Source: Burkholderiales bacterium
GTDB taxonomy: Bacteria > Pseudomonadota > Gammaproteobacteria > Burkholderiales > SG8-39
Length of the DNA: 64,000 bases
Direction: 5' to 3'
Assembly (NCBI GenBank): GCA_035652275.1
Contig: DASREB010000117.1
Location: forward strand, 5,408 to 69,407
This document shows positions 1-8,839 of this stretch, piece after piece; the stretch's first letter is position 1; every line of letters starts with the position of its first letter. The notes under the pieces were generated by a model. It was not told where the DNA came from, ran no database searches, and saw only the letters and a list, made by a program, of their open reading frames with translations. Position numbers and translations under genes: made by a program.

Positions 1-373
1 TATCCTGCGTCGGCGGCGCGTCGACGTGCGCCAGGGTCGCCCCAAGGGCGTGCGCGCCTACCGCTTCGGGGGTTGGCAGCTGAACCTCAATAGCCGTCGC
101 CTAACCGCGCAGGATCGCGAGCCGGTGGCGCTCACTAATGGAGAGTTCAATCTGTTGGTCGCGCTGCTCGGCGCACCGAATCGTGTCCTGTCGCGCAATC
201 AGCTCCTGGATCGATCGCGCCTGCACAACGACGAGGTATTTAATCGCTCGGTCGATGTACAGATCATGCGCCTCCGACGCCTCATCGAGCGCGATGAGGC
301 CGAGCCGCGATACATCAAAACAGAGCGCGGCACGGGCTACGTCTTCAATGCGGCGGTCGAGGCCCTGTACTGA
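1..373 (+). CDS. OmpR/PhoB-family response regulator, C-terminal winged-helix DNA-binding domain (5' part outside the window)
   Basis: The reading frame is open to the window edge. The translation RFGGWQLNLNSRRL...LTNGEFNLLVALLGAPNRVLSRNQLLD...VDVQIMRLRRLIE...IKTERGTGYVF matches the OmpR-type Trans_reg_C signature. Confidence 0.8.
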   Translation, partial: ILRRRRVDVRQGRPKGVRAYRFGGWQLNLNSRRLTAQDREPVALTNGEFNLLVALLGAPNRVLSRNQLLDRSRLHNDEVFNRSVDVQIMRLRRLIERDEAEPRYIKTERGTGYVFNAAVEALY

Positions 374-676
374 TGATCGATACAACGGCAGCCGTGCGAG
401 GCGCCGCAAGGCGGTGAGCCTGGAATCGGGGAAGGCGGCTGCGGCAGCGTACGACCGCCGCGTAGGTGCTGCCCCGCGTGGTGAGCGACCCGCGCCCGCG
501 GCCCCTGTTCTTCCCCAACGCCGCTTTGCAGGCGTGAGCGCGGTTCAGCAACCTCAGCACCTTTTCGAGACCGCTGACCGATGGCGGACCGGGGGAGCCG
601 ACGACGCAGGAACCATCAGCAGGAAGCATCGTTGTCAGGTCGCTCGTCTAGGGCCCGCATTAATTGCAACCGCCAG

Positions 677-717
677 CGAAAAGAGGCCAACAACCTTACA
701 CACAGGTTGTCGGCCTC
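677..717 (-). terminator. Rho-independent terminator downstream of the di-haem cytochrome gene
   Basis: On the minus strand, about 20 nt after the stop at 741-743, lies GAGGCCGACAACC-tgtgtgtaa-GGTTGTTGGCCTC followed by TTTTCG. This is a 13-bp GC-rich stem with one G-U pair, followed by a T tract. Confidence 0.6.
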
Positions 718-740
718 CTGATGCGGCGCCATTTCGTCGT

Positions 741-2165
741 CTATAGCGACTTCAAGTACTCGACCAGCTCCGCTTTTTCCTGGCTGGTCAGCCCGAGCCT
801 GAAGTTGCGATCGTAGTGGTCGATCACCGCCGCCAAGTTCGGGAAGCGCCCATCGTGGTAAAAGCCGCCCTTCTGGTGTGTCCACAGTCCCGCGAGCGGC
901 GCGGTCCGGTACATCAGGGTCGGCGAGCGGCGGGCCTGGAACGAATCAATCTCGGGCTGGGTCGAGTCGACGAATATCTCCTCCGGCTTGTGCAAGTTGT
1001 GCCCCGGCTCGGTGAAGAGCGGCGGAACGTGGCAGGTCGAGCACTGCGCTCTTCCGTTGAACACCTCTTTCCCGCGCTCGGCCGCTGCCCTGTCGAAACT
1101 GCCCTTGGGCGGCGTTGGCGCCGGGATGGCGAGCTGATAGAAGTGCAACGCGCCCAACTTCGACGTGACCAAGTCGGGGGCGCCGCGTACATTGAAGGAG
1201 CCGCTTCTCGCCGCGACCGGGTACTGAGCCTCGGTGTCCTTGGTGCCCCCCAGGCGAAGGTCGAAGAAGACGCCCGAGCCGTGCTGCTGGGTCACGGCGA
1301 CGTAAGCGTTCCAGTACGGGACCGAGCCAGACCCGGTCCAAGTGTGCAGGTTCACCCCGGCGAGGCCGAAGGCAGGCGGAATCAGCGTGCACGCCCGTCC
1401 TCCATCCGGCCGCAAGCCCTTGCCGTCCTTGTCGAGCCACGCGTCGTAGCAGCCAGGACCCCAGCTGGTGAGCACTTTCTTCACCGTGGCCTCGTCGACC
1501 TGGAGAAGATCGGTGAAGGGCTTGAGGTTTGGAGCGAGCGAGACGATGAGGCCGACGTTGAGATCGCGATTGGCCCAGCCGTCCAGGCGCTTGCCGATGC
1601 CCGGTGCGAAGGAGTCGTGCACCTTCGAATGGCAAAAGGCGCATTGGGTTCCGAGCGACGTGATCCTGCCCACGTTGTCGAATCGACCGGTCAGTCCGAC
1701 CACGGCGTTGAGCTTGAGCAGTGCCAGCGTCGTGGCGGGATCGTCGAGGTTGACCTTGCCCGCCTTGAGCTGCGCTTTCAATTGGTCAGGCAAAGCATCC
1801 ACGTCGACTTTGAGGCCGACCGCGAGCGCGGTCTTCGGGCTGATTCCGGGTCCCACGCCGCCGTTTTGCGCGCCCGCGATGGCTCGGTGCAGCTGCAGGG
1901 CATCGCCGAAGAAGGCCTCGGAGCCGTAGGTGTCGAAGCGGAAGATCTGCCTGCCTCTTTCGAGCATGTCTTCGGCGTGCGCGTTGATTTGGCGGTCGTT
2001 CTCGGAGAGCCGCTTCCGGCGGTCCCCATCCCTCGATTCGCCCCTGTCGTTGGATTCCTGCGCTTGAGCACTTCCCTGCTTGCCGATGCCGGCTCCGAAC
2101 CCGACAAGCATGACGAGCCCGATGACCGAGGCACCGATGACAGGTCCAATCAATTTAAATCTCAT
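741..2165 (-). CDS. Secreted di-haem c-type cytochrome, CCP/MauG-like (paralog 1)
   Basis: ATG at 2165 has AAGGAG 7 nt upstream. The N-terminal signal/TM segment is MRFKLIGPVIGASVIGLVMLVGF. There are two CXXCH motifs (CAFCH, CSTCH). The C-terminal block CSTCHVPPLFTEPGHNLH...RTAPLAGLWTHQKGGFYHDGRF..L..VIDHYD resembles the cytochrome c peroxidase/MauG C-terminal haem domain. The upstream part of the 526-aa ORF was rejected as having no RBS or signal logic. Confidence 0.7.
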   Translation of the reverse strand: MRFKLIGPVIGASVIGLVMLVGFGAGIGKQGSAQAQESNDRGESRDGDRRKRLSENDRQINAHAEDMLERGRQIFRFDTYGSEAFFGDALQLHRAIAGAQNGGVGPGISPKTALAVGLKVDVDALPDQLKAQLKAGKVNLDDPATTLALLKLNAVVGLTGRFDNVGRITSLGTQCAFCHSKVHDSFAPGIGKRLDGWANRDLNVGLIVSLAPNLKPFTDLLQVDEATVKKVLTSWGPGCYDAWLDKDGKGLRPDGGRACTLIPPAFGLAGVNLHTWTGSGSVPYWNAYVAVTQQHGSGVFFDLRLGGTKDTEAQYPVAARSGSFNVRGAPDLVTSKLGALHFYQLAIPAPTPPKGSFDRAAAERGKEVFNGRAQCSTCHVPPLFTEPGHNLHKPEEIFVDSTQPEIDSFQARRSPTLMYRTAPLAGLWTHQKGGFYHDGRFPNLAAVIDHYDRNFRLGLTSQEKAELVEYLKSL

Positions 2166-2959
2166 GGGAACTCCTTGTGCTGCAGGGTTATTGGGTTTCT
2201 GCGTCTTTAAATGCGACGAGTGCTTGTCCGCGCTTTGAGCCTCCGACTGTGAACTGCAACTTCCGGCGTCGCCACACACACGTTCAACATGGCGTGCCGA
2301 CAAGCAGCGCGCTGCACCCAAGTTGAGCCTCTTCGCTGACCGTCAAGAAGTGGGAGCCGGTTTTGCACGGATTGCATCACGGGCGTGAAGGCCACTCAAT
2401 AAGACGATGGTATCGGTGTCTACTTAAGTCGCTCTGTCACCTTTCTGACCGCCGACACGTAACGCAGCACGCATCGCGGTACGTGTGAGAAGGCGGCTGC
2501 CTATGCTGCGCTCGCATCGCTCGCAACCCAGGATGGAAATTGCACGATGGACCCGACCACGACCAATGGCGGCACGCAGATCTATTAACAGATGTCGGCC
2601 GACACCATCGTCCAATAGATTCGCTTCCAAGCCTCTGGTCTGATCGCGTCTGGCTTCGCGCGAGCGAGCTTTTCAGAAGGGCATCGATCCATGGCCCAAG
2701 ACGGAAAATCGAACAGCGCTGACCGAGCGCAATTTTTGTTGCAGCCTCAGCCATGGCAACCGAAGACTTCTACCGGAAGGAGCGAGCCGGCTCGACGCAA
2801 AGCGGTCCACCGTCAATTGACGTCTAGCAGATGCGCGAACTCGTATCTCACCAATTCGTAGCATCGCAGGAGTTGCAGCTGTAACGCGTTCGACTACGAA
2901 AATAGTACGATTGCCATCGACGTACGTAGGCGTACATTCGTCGCACCACGGAGTGCACC

Positions 2960-3949
2960 GTGAATCCGAATCCCTCACGCATTGCGGCGCTCGAAGCCTT
3001 GACGGATAGCCAACTCGTTGCAGTGATCGTGGCGGGCGACATGCGCGCCTTTGAGCGGCTGATGAGCCTGCACAAGAACAGGCTTTTTCGAACCGCGCGC
3101 GCCATATTGCGAGACGACGCCGAGGCGGAAGATGCCGTTCAGGAGGCGTTTCTCCAGGCGTATCGAGGTCTTGGCTCCTTTCGCGGCGAGGCGAAGCTTT
3201 CGACCTGGCTGGTGAGCATCGCAGTGAACGCGGCGCTGATGCGCCGTCGACGCCATGTCCGGGAACCATTGGCAATGCCTCTGGACGGCACTGGCGGCGC
3301 CGCGGAGCGCGAGGGGATTTCCAGGGCGCCCGGCCCTGAGGGCCTCGCGGCGCGCGCAGACATTCGACAGCTGCTCCAGGATCAGATCGACGCATTGCCC
3401 GATTACTATCAGGCGGTATTCAGGGCGAGAGCGATCGATGGGCTCACGGTTGCGGAAACGGCCGCCACCCTTGGAATTTCGGAGGCGACAGTTCGCAGCC
3501 GCTATTTCAGGGCGCGCAGCCTGCTGCGAGAGGGTCTGACGCGGGAATCCAACAAACCGGCGAGCCTCGAATGCCCGATCGTCATCACCGACCGGGACCG
3601 CAAGCGTCTAATGCTGCTAAAGCCGAATGCTGCCCTCCTGCGCGAAATCGACCGCGCAGTGCTGATTTCGCCCCAAGCGGCGACCGTCGCGCATGCCGTA
3701 ACCATGAATACTCAGGTCTTTTATACGGATGAGACAAGGGGCGACCAACGGCACCTCAACCTCGTCTATCCGCAAGAAGCCGGCGGGTGCGTATGCTGCG
3801 TGTCCGTCCTGGATCCCATAGGTACGGCCCTATTCGGGCTGTCGGCCGGGCAAGCGATCGAATGGGATTTCCCTGATGGCAGCCACCGCCTGCGCGTGAA
3901 CAACGTGATTCATCATGACTGCCCGATCAATACACGGAGTCCGGCTTAA
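2960..3949 (+). CDS. ECF (sigma-70 family) sigma factor fused in frame to an Rnk/GreA-GreB-C-like domain
   Basis: GTG start has GGAG 8 nt upstream. Region 2 reads DAVQEAFLQAYRGLGSFRGEAKLSTWLVSIAVNAAL. The region 4 HTH reads LTVAETAATLGISEATVRSRYFRARSLL. The C-terminal ~120 aa align colinearly with the standalone Rnk at 62686-63090 (VTMNTQVFYTDE.., VSVLDPIGTALFGLSAGQAIEW). Confidence 0.75.
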   Translation: MNPNPSRIAALEALTDSQLVAVIVAGDMRAFERLMSLHKNRLFRTARAILRDDAEAEDAVQEAFLQAYRGLGSFRGEAKLSTWLVSIAVNAALMRRRRHVREPLAMPLDGTGGAAEREGISRAPGPEGLAARADIRQLLQDQIDALPDYYQAVFRARAIDGLTVAETAATLGISEATVRSRYFRARSLLREGLTRESNKPASLECPIVITDRDRKRLMLLKPNAALLREIDRAVLISPQAATVAHAVTMNTQVFYTDETRGDQRHLNLVYPQEAGGCVCCVSVLDPIGTALFGLSAGQAIEWDFPDGSHRLRVNNVIHHDCPINTRSPA

Positions 3950-4060
3950 GTAGCAGGCGTCCAAAAGCACGAGCCAAGACGACGCTCGAGCGCCGTATGT
4001 GCCGCCGCACTCCCACCCGTGCTCGCTCCGCCAGCCACGGCGGCGGCGAAACGGACCGGC

Positions 4061-4183
4061 TCACCGGCTGAGCAGCCGCACCAGCAAGATGACAATGATC
4101 GCCAGCAACGCAACGGCCAGAGCCCAGCCAAGCGCTCCAAACCCCATCATCCAACCCATCATTGAATTCATCATCGAACCCAT
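4061..4183 (-). CDS. Candidate 40-aa Met-rich single-pass membrane peptide (below the ORF-track cutoff)
   Basis: My own translation is MGSMMNSMMGWMMGFGALGWALAVALLAIIVILLVRLLSR. The ATG at 4183 lies 10 nt after the stop of the DUF326 gene (TGAgggcggtgtaATG). The peptide has a Met-rich head, a hydrophobic helix and a basic tail. Its third-position composition looks similar to neighbouring genes by eye. Confidence 0.45.
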   Translation of the reverse strand: MGSMMNSMMGWMMGFGALGWALAVALLAIIVILLVRLLSR

Positions 4184-4193
4184 TACACCGCCC

Positions 4194-4571
4194 TCAGTGC
4201 ACGGAAGCGGCAGATCTTTGCGCAGGATGCGCCTTCGCCTCGGCGGACGCCATGCGACGGCACTCCTGCGCGCAACGCCAGCACGCTTTGGCGCAATCCT
4301 GGCAATACCTCATCGCATGCCGCGCGCATTCCTCGCCGCAGATATCGCAAACGGCAGCGGACAACCGGCAGAGCACGGCAGCGAGCTCGCTGCCTCGCGA
4401 CATGTAGCCGGCTGCCAGCCTGCTTATGTGCGCGCAATCCATATCGAGCTGGATACACCGGACCATCTTTGCTGGGTCCTCCTCCTTCAGGCAGGCGGCC
4501 GCGCAGCGATGGCATGCGGCTGCACACTCATTGCAGGCGCTAATGCAAGAATTGAAGTGATCTTGATACAT
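4194..4571 (-). CDS. Four-helix-bundle Cys-rich copper-binding protein (DUF326 family)
   Basis: ATG at 4571 has GGAG upstream. The translation MYQDHFNSCISACNECAAACHRCAAACLKEEDPAKMVRCIQLDMDCAHISRLAA...CDICGEECARH...CQDCAKACWRCAQEC shows the repeated CxxxC pattern typical of DUF326. The longer 197-aa ORF overlaps folE2 and was rejected. Confidence 0.8.
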   Translation of the reverse strand: MYQDHFNSCISACNECAAACHRCAAACLKEEDPAKMVRCIQLDMDCAHISRLAAGYMSRGSELAAVLCRLSAAVCDICGEECARHAMRYCQDCAKACWRCAQECRRMASAEAKAHPAQRSAASVH

Positions 4572-4590
4572 ATCCGTCTCCTGTTCGCAC

Positions 4591-5382
4591 TTAGGCACGG
4601 GTGATCCGCGCAAATGCCGAATGGTTGTGAATCGACTCGAAGTTTTCCGCCTCGACCGTGTACGCGCCGACGCGCGGATCGCGGTTGAGTGCCAGTGCCA
4701 CATCGCGCACCACGTCTTCGACGAACTTGGGATTCTCGTACGCGCGTTCCGTGACGTATTTTTCATCGGGACGCTTGAGCAGCCCATACACCTCGCAGGA
4801 GGCGCTGCGCTCGGCGATGCCGATCAGTTCTTCGATTCGCATCTCGTCCGTCAGCTCAGCTTCGATGGCAATACAGGAGCGCTGGTTATGGGCGCCGTAC
4901 TCGGAGATCGCCTTCGAACAGGGGCACAGGCTGGTCGCCGGCACTGCCACGCGCATCGAGAACGCGGACTCTCCTTCGTCGTCCAGGGTGCCGCGCCAGC
5001 AGACCTCGTAGTCCAGCTGGCTCTGAACGCCCGAGACGGGCGCGGCCTTGCGTACAAAGTACGCAAACCGCATCTCGATCGTGCCGGCCGGTGCCCGCAG
5101 CCGTTCGAGCATGTCGGCTACCAGGGCCATGAAGCGCGGCATGTTCAGCGGCTGGCGTTGTGAATCGAGCAGCTCGACGAAGCGCGACATATGGGTGCCC
5201 TTCTCGCTCGCCGCGAGACCGACGGTCATAGAGAATGTCGCGATCACGGGCACGGAACCCTCCTCCGCTTGAATGGCGATGGGATAACGCAGGCCCTTGA
5301 TTCCGACGGCGTCGATCTGCACGTTGCGACGGTCGGGCCGGGATTGAACATCCTCGAGGGCAATTCGCTCTGGCGCATTCAT
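4591..5382 (-). CDS. folE2: GTP cyclohydrolase FolE2 (GCYH-IB)
   Basis: The translation MNAPERIALEDVQSRPDRRNVQIDAVGIKGLRYPIAI...KGTHMSRFVELL...SLCPCSKAISEYGAHNQRS...ENFESIHNHSAFA carries FolE2 hallmarks. The start at 5382 matches typical FolE2 N-termini. An alternative ATG exists at 5457. Confidence 0.9.
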   Translation of the reverse strand: MNAPERIALEDVQSRPDRRNVQIDAVGIKGLRYPIAIQAEEGSVPVIATFSMTVGLAASEKGTHMSRFVELLDSQRQPLNMPRFMALVADMLERLRAPAGTIEMRFAYFVRKAAPVSGVQSQLDYEVCWRGTLDDEGESAFSMRVAVPATSLCPCSKAISEYGAHNQRSCIAIEAELTDEMRIEELIGIAERSASCEVYGLLKRPDEKYVTERAYENPKFVEDVVRDVALALNRDPRVGAYTVEAENFESIHNHSAFARITRA

Positions 5383-5519
5383 GATCGCGCGCGGATCTCG
5401 GGAAACTCGCCCGACACACGCTGGCGCTGCGAGTTGGCGAAGAAGTTGTTTTCCCATAGACCGCCGCCAATCACGTAGGCCGAGGCTGCCGTAAGGCTGC
5501 GTTTTGCGATGCGTGCCAT
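5379..5519 (-). CDS. Candidate 46-aa upstream ORF translationally coupled to folE2
   Basis: AGGAGaatcgccATG gives a strong RBS at 7-nt spacing. The translation is MARIAKRSLTAASAYVIGGGLWENNFFANSQRQRVSGEFPEIRARS. Its TGA overlaps the folE2 ATG as ATGA. I recognise no family. Confidence 0.35.
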   Translation of the reverse strand: MARIAKRSLTAASAYVIGGGLWENNFFANSQRQRVSGEFPEIRARS

Positions 5520-5691
5520 GGCGATTCTCCTAGTGCGCCACCAATGGGATGCCACGGCACGCGCCAGCGTTCCCTTAAGCATCGGTTTTCTTCGATGAGC
5601 ATTGTTGGACTGAGGGACCAATAAGTTTCGTTTTACTTCATCTCGTCCGTGGCGGACCATGCGCAATACATGACAGCCAGCGGGACATACG

Positions 5692-6387
5692 ATGAACGCC
5701 AGTGACATCATGACTTCGCCCGTTATTACTGCGGGTCCCGACACGCCGATAGCCAAAATCGCGGCGCTGCTCCTCGGCAAGCACATCAGCGCGGTCCCGA
5801 TCGTGGAGGATGGCCGCCTCGTCGGCATCGTCAGCGAAGGCGATCTCCTGCACCGGCACGAGATCGGCACCGATCGCCGTGCGCGCGTAGGCTCGTGGTG
5901 GCTGCGCTTGTTCAGCGAGGACCGGTCTGCCTCGCAATACGTCAAGTCACACGCGCGGCGGGCGCGCGACGTGATGACGCGCGATGTGGTTTCGGTCGCG
6001 CCCGAAACGCCGATCGCCGAGATCGCCGACCTGCTCGAGAGCCGAGGCATCAAGCGTGTGCCGGTGGTGCGCGACGGCACGCTGGTCGGCATCGTGAGCC
6101 GGGCCAATCTCGTGCAGGCGCTTGCCGTAGCGCACCGCGAAAAACGTAAGCATCCGGGTACCGATGATGCCATCCGCGAGCGGCTGCTCATGGAGCTGGG
6201 GCGTCAGTCCTGGTGGCGGCCGATGAGCTCGAACGTGCTCGTCAGCAACGGCGTGGTGCACTACTGGGGCACGATCGATTCGGAGGACGAGCGCCATGCC
6301 GCCCGCGTCGCGGCCGAGAATATAGCCGGTGTGCACGGGGTCGAGGACCACCGTCGTCTGTTCCAGCCAGTGGAAGCGATGGCGTGA
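5692..6387 (+). CDS. CBS-pair plus BON domain protein
   Basis: Two CBS repeats are visible (IMTSPVITAGPDTPIAKIAALLLGKHISAVPIVEDGRLVGIVSEGDLL and VMTRDVVSVAPETPIAEIADLLESRGIKRVPVVRDGTLVGIVSRANL). The C-terminal BON-like segment is VSNGVVHYWGTIDSEDERHAARVAAENIAGVHGVEDH. Confidence 0.8.
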   Translation: MNASDIMTSPVITAGPDTPIAKIAALLLGKHISAVPIVEDGRLVGIVSEGDLLHRHEIGTDRRARVGSWWLRLFSEDRSASQYVKSHARRARDVMTRDVVSVAPETPIAEIADLLESRGIKRVPVVRDGTLVGIVSRANLVQALAVAHREKRKHPGTDDAIRERLLMELGRQSWWRPMSSNVLVSNGVVHYWGTIDSEDERHAARVAAENIAGVHGVEDHRRLFQPVEAMA

Positions 6388-6437
6388 GGCTTTGAAAGGA
6401 GATCGAGATCCTTCTTGGAATAATCGGTCTGGGCCGC

Positions 6438-7432
6438 ATGGGGGCCGCCATGGCGCGGCGCCTGATGAAACGCGGGCACGGCTGCGTCGTCCATGATGTC
6501 CATCCGCAAGCCATTGAGCAGTTGGCCGCCGAGGGCGGCATTGCGGCATCTTCGCGCGAAGACTTCGTAGCCCGGCTGCCCAAGCCGCGCGCCATCTGGT
6601 TGATGGTCCCGGCGGCGGCGGTCGATCAGGAGCTCTCGGCGCTGGTCCCGCTCCTCGACGAAGACGACATCGTCATCGACGGCGGCAATTCCTACTACCG
6701 CGACGACATCCGGCGTGCGGGCGAGCTGAAGAAGCGAAAGATCCATTATCTGGATGTCGGCACGAGCGGCGGCGTCGCTGGGCTGGAACGCGGTTATTGC
6801 CTGATGATCGGCGGCGAGAAAGCGATTGCCGAGCACCTGGCGCCGATTTTCGCCGCCCTCGCCCCGGGCGTGGAAGCCGCGCCACGCACGCCGGGGCGCA
6901 CGAGGAATGAAAGCACCGCGGAGGCGGGCTACCTCTACTGCGGTCCGCACGGAGCGGGCCACTTCGTGAAGATGGTTCACAACGGAATCGAATACGGTCT
7001 GATGGCGGCGTATGCCGAGGGACTGAACATCCTGCGCCACGCCGACGCCGGGGATAGGCCCCGCAGTACGGACGCGGAAACTACGCCGCTGCGCAACCCA
7101 GAGTTCTATCGCTACGAGCTGGATCTGGCCGAGATCGCCGAGCTGTGGCGTCGCGGCAGCGTGATCGGCTCGTGGCTGCTGGATCTCACTGCGCACGCTC
7201 TCGCCGGCGATCCGGCGCTCGAGCGCTATGCCGGTCGAGTATCGGATTCGGGCGAAGGGCGCTGGACCATCGCCGCTGCGATCGACGAAGGCATTCCGGC
7301 GCCGGTTCTCAGCGCCGCGCTCTACGAGCGCTTCAGCTCGCGCGGCGAAGCGCAATTCGCCGGACGCGTGCTGTCGGCGATGCGGCACGAATTCGGCGGG
7401 CATGCGGAAACACCCGGGCACGAGCCGACGCG

Positions 7433-7436
<4 letters not shown>
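6438..7436 (+). CDS. gnd: 6-phosphogluconate dehydrogenase, short (GntZ/YqeC-like) form; the true start is probably upstream of the first ATG
   Basis: Conserved blocks include [18 protein letters not shown]...DGGNSYY.D...[13 protein letters not shown]...[18 protein letters not shown]. The Rossmann motif [11 protein letters not shown] extends upstream of ATG 6438 to the in-frame stop at 6393, with AAAGGAG at 6395-6401. Confidence 0.85.

Positions 7437-8822
<1,386 letters not shown>

Positions 8823-8839
<17 letters not shown>

Noticed and set aside
2424-2754. Short ORFs (68, 105 and 60 aa) in the long intergenic region upstream of the sigma-Rnk gene.
   Set aside because: They have no motifs, no RBS and mutually overlapping frames. 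They are treated as non-coding; see the finding on 2166-2959.
5520-5691. A possible Zur box or a folate (THF-type) riboswitch in the folE2 leader.
   Set aside because: I could not find a convincing AT-rich palindrome. I also cannot reproduce the riboswitch consensus from memory well enough to call it. A covariance-model scan (Rfam THF/folE models) is needed.
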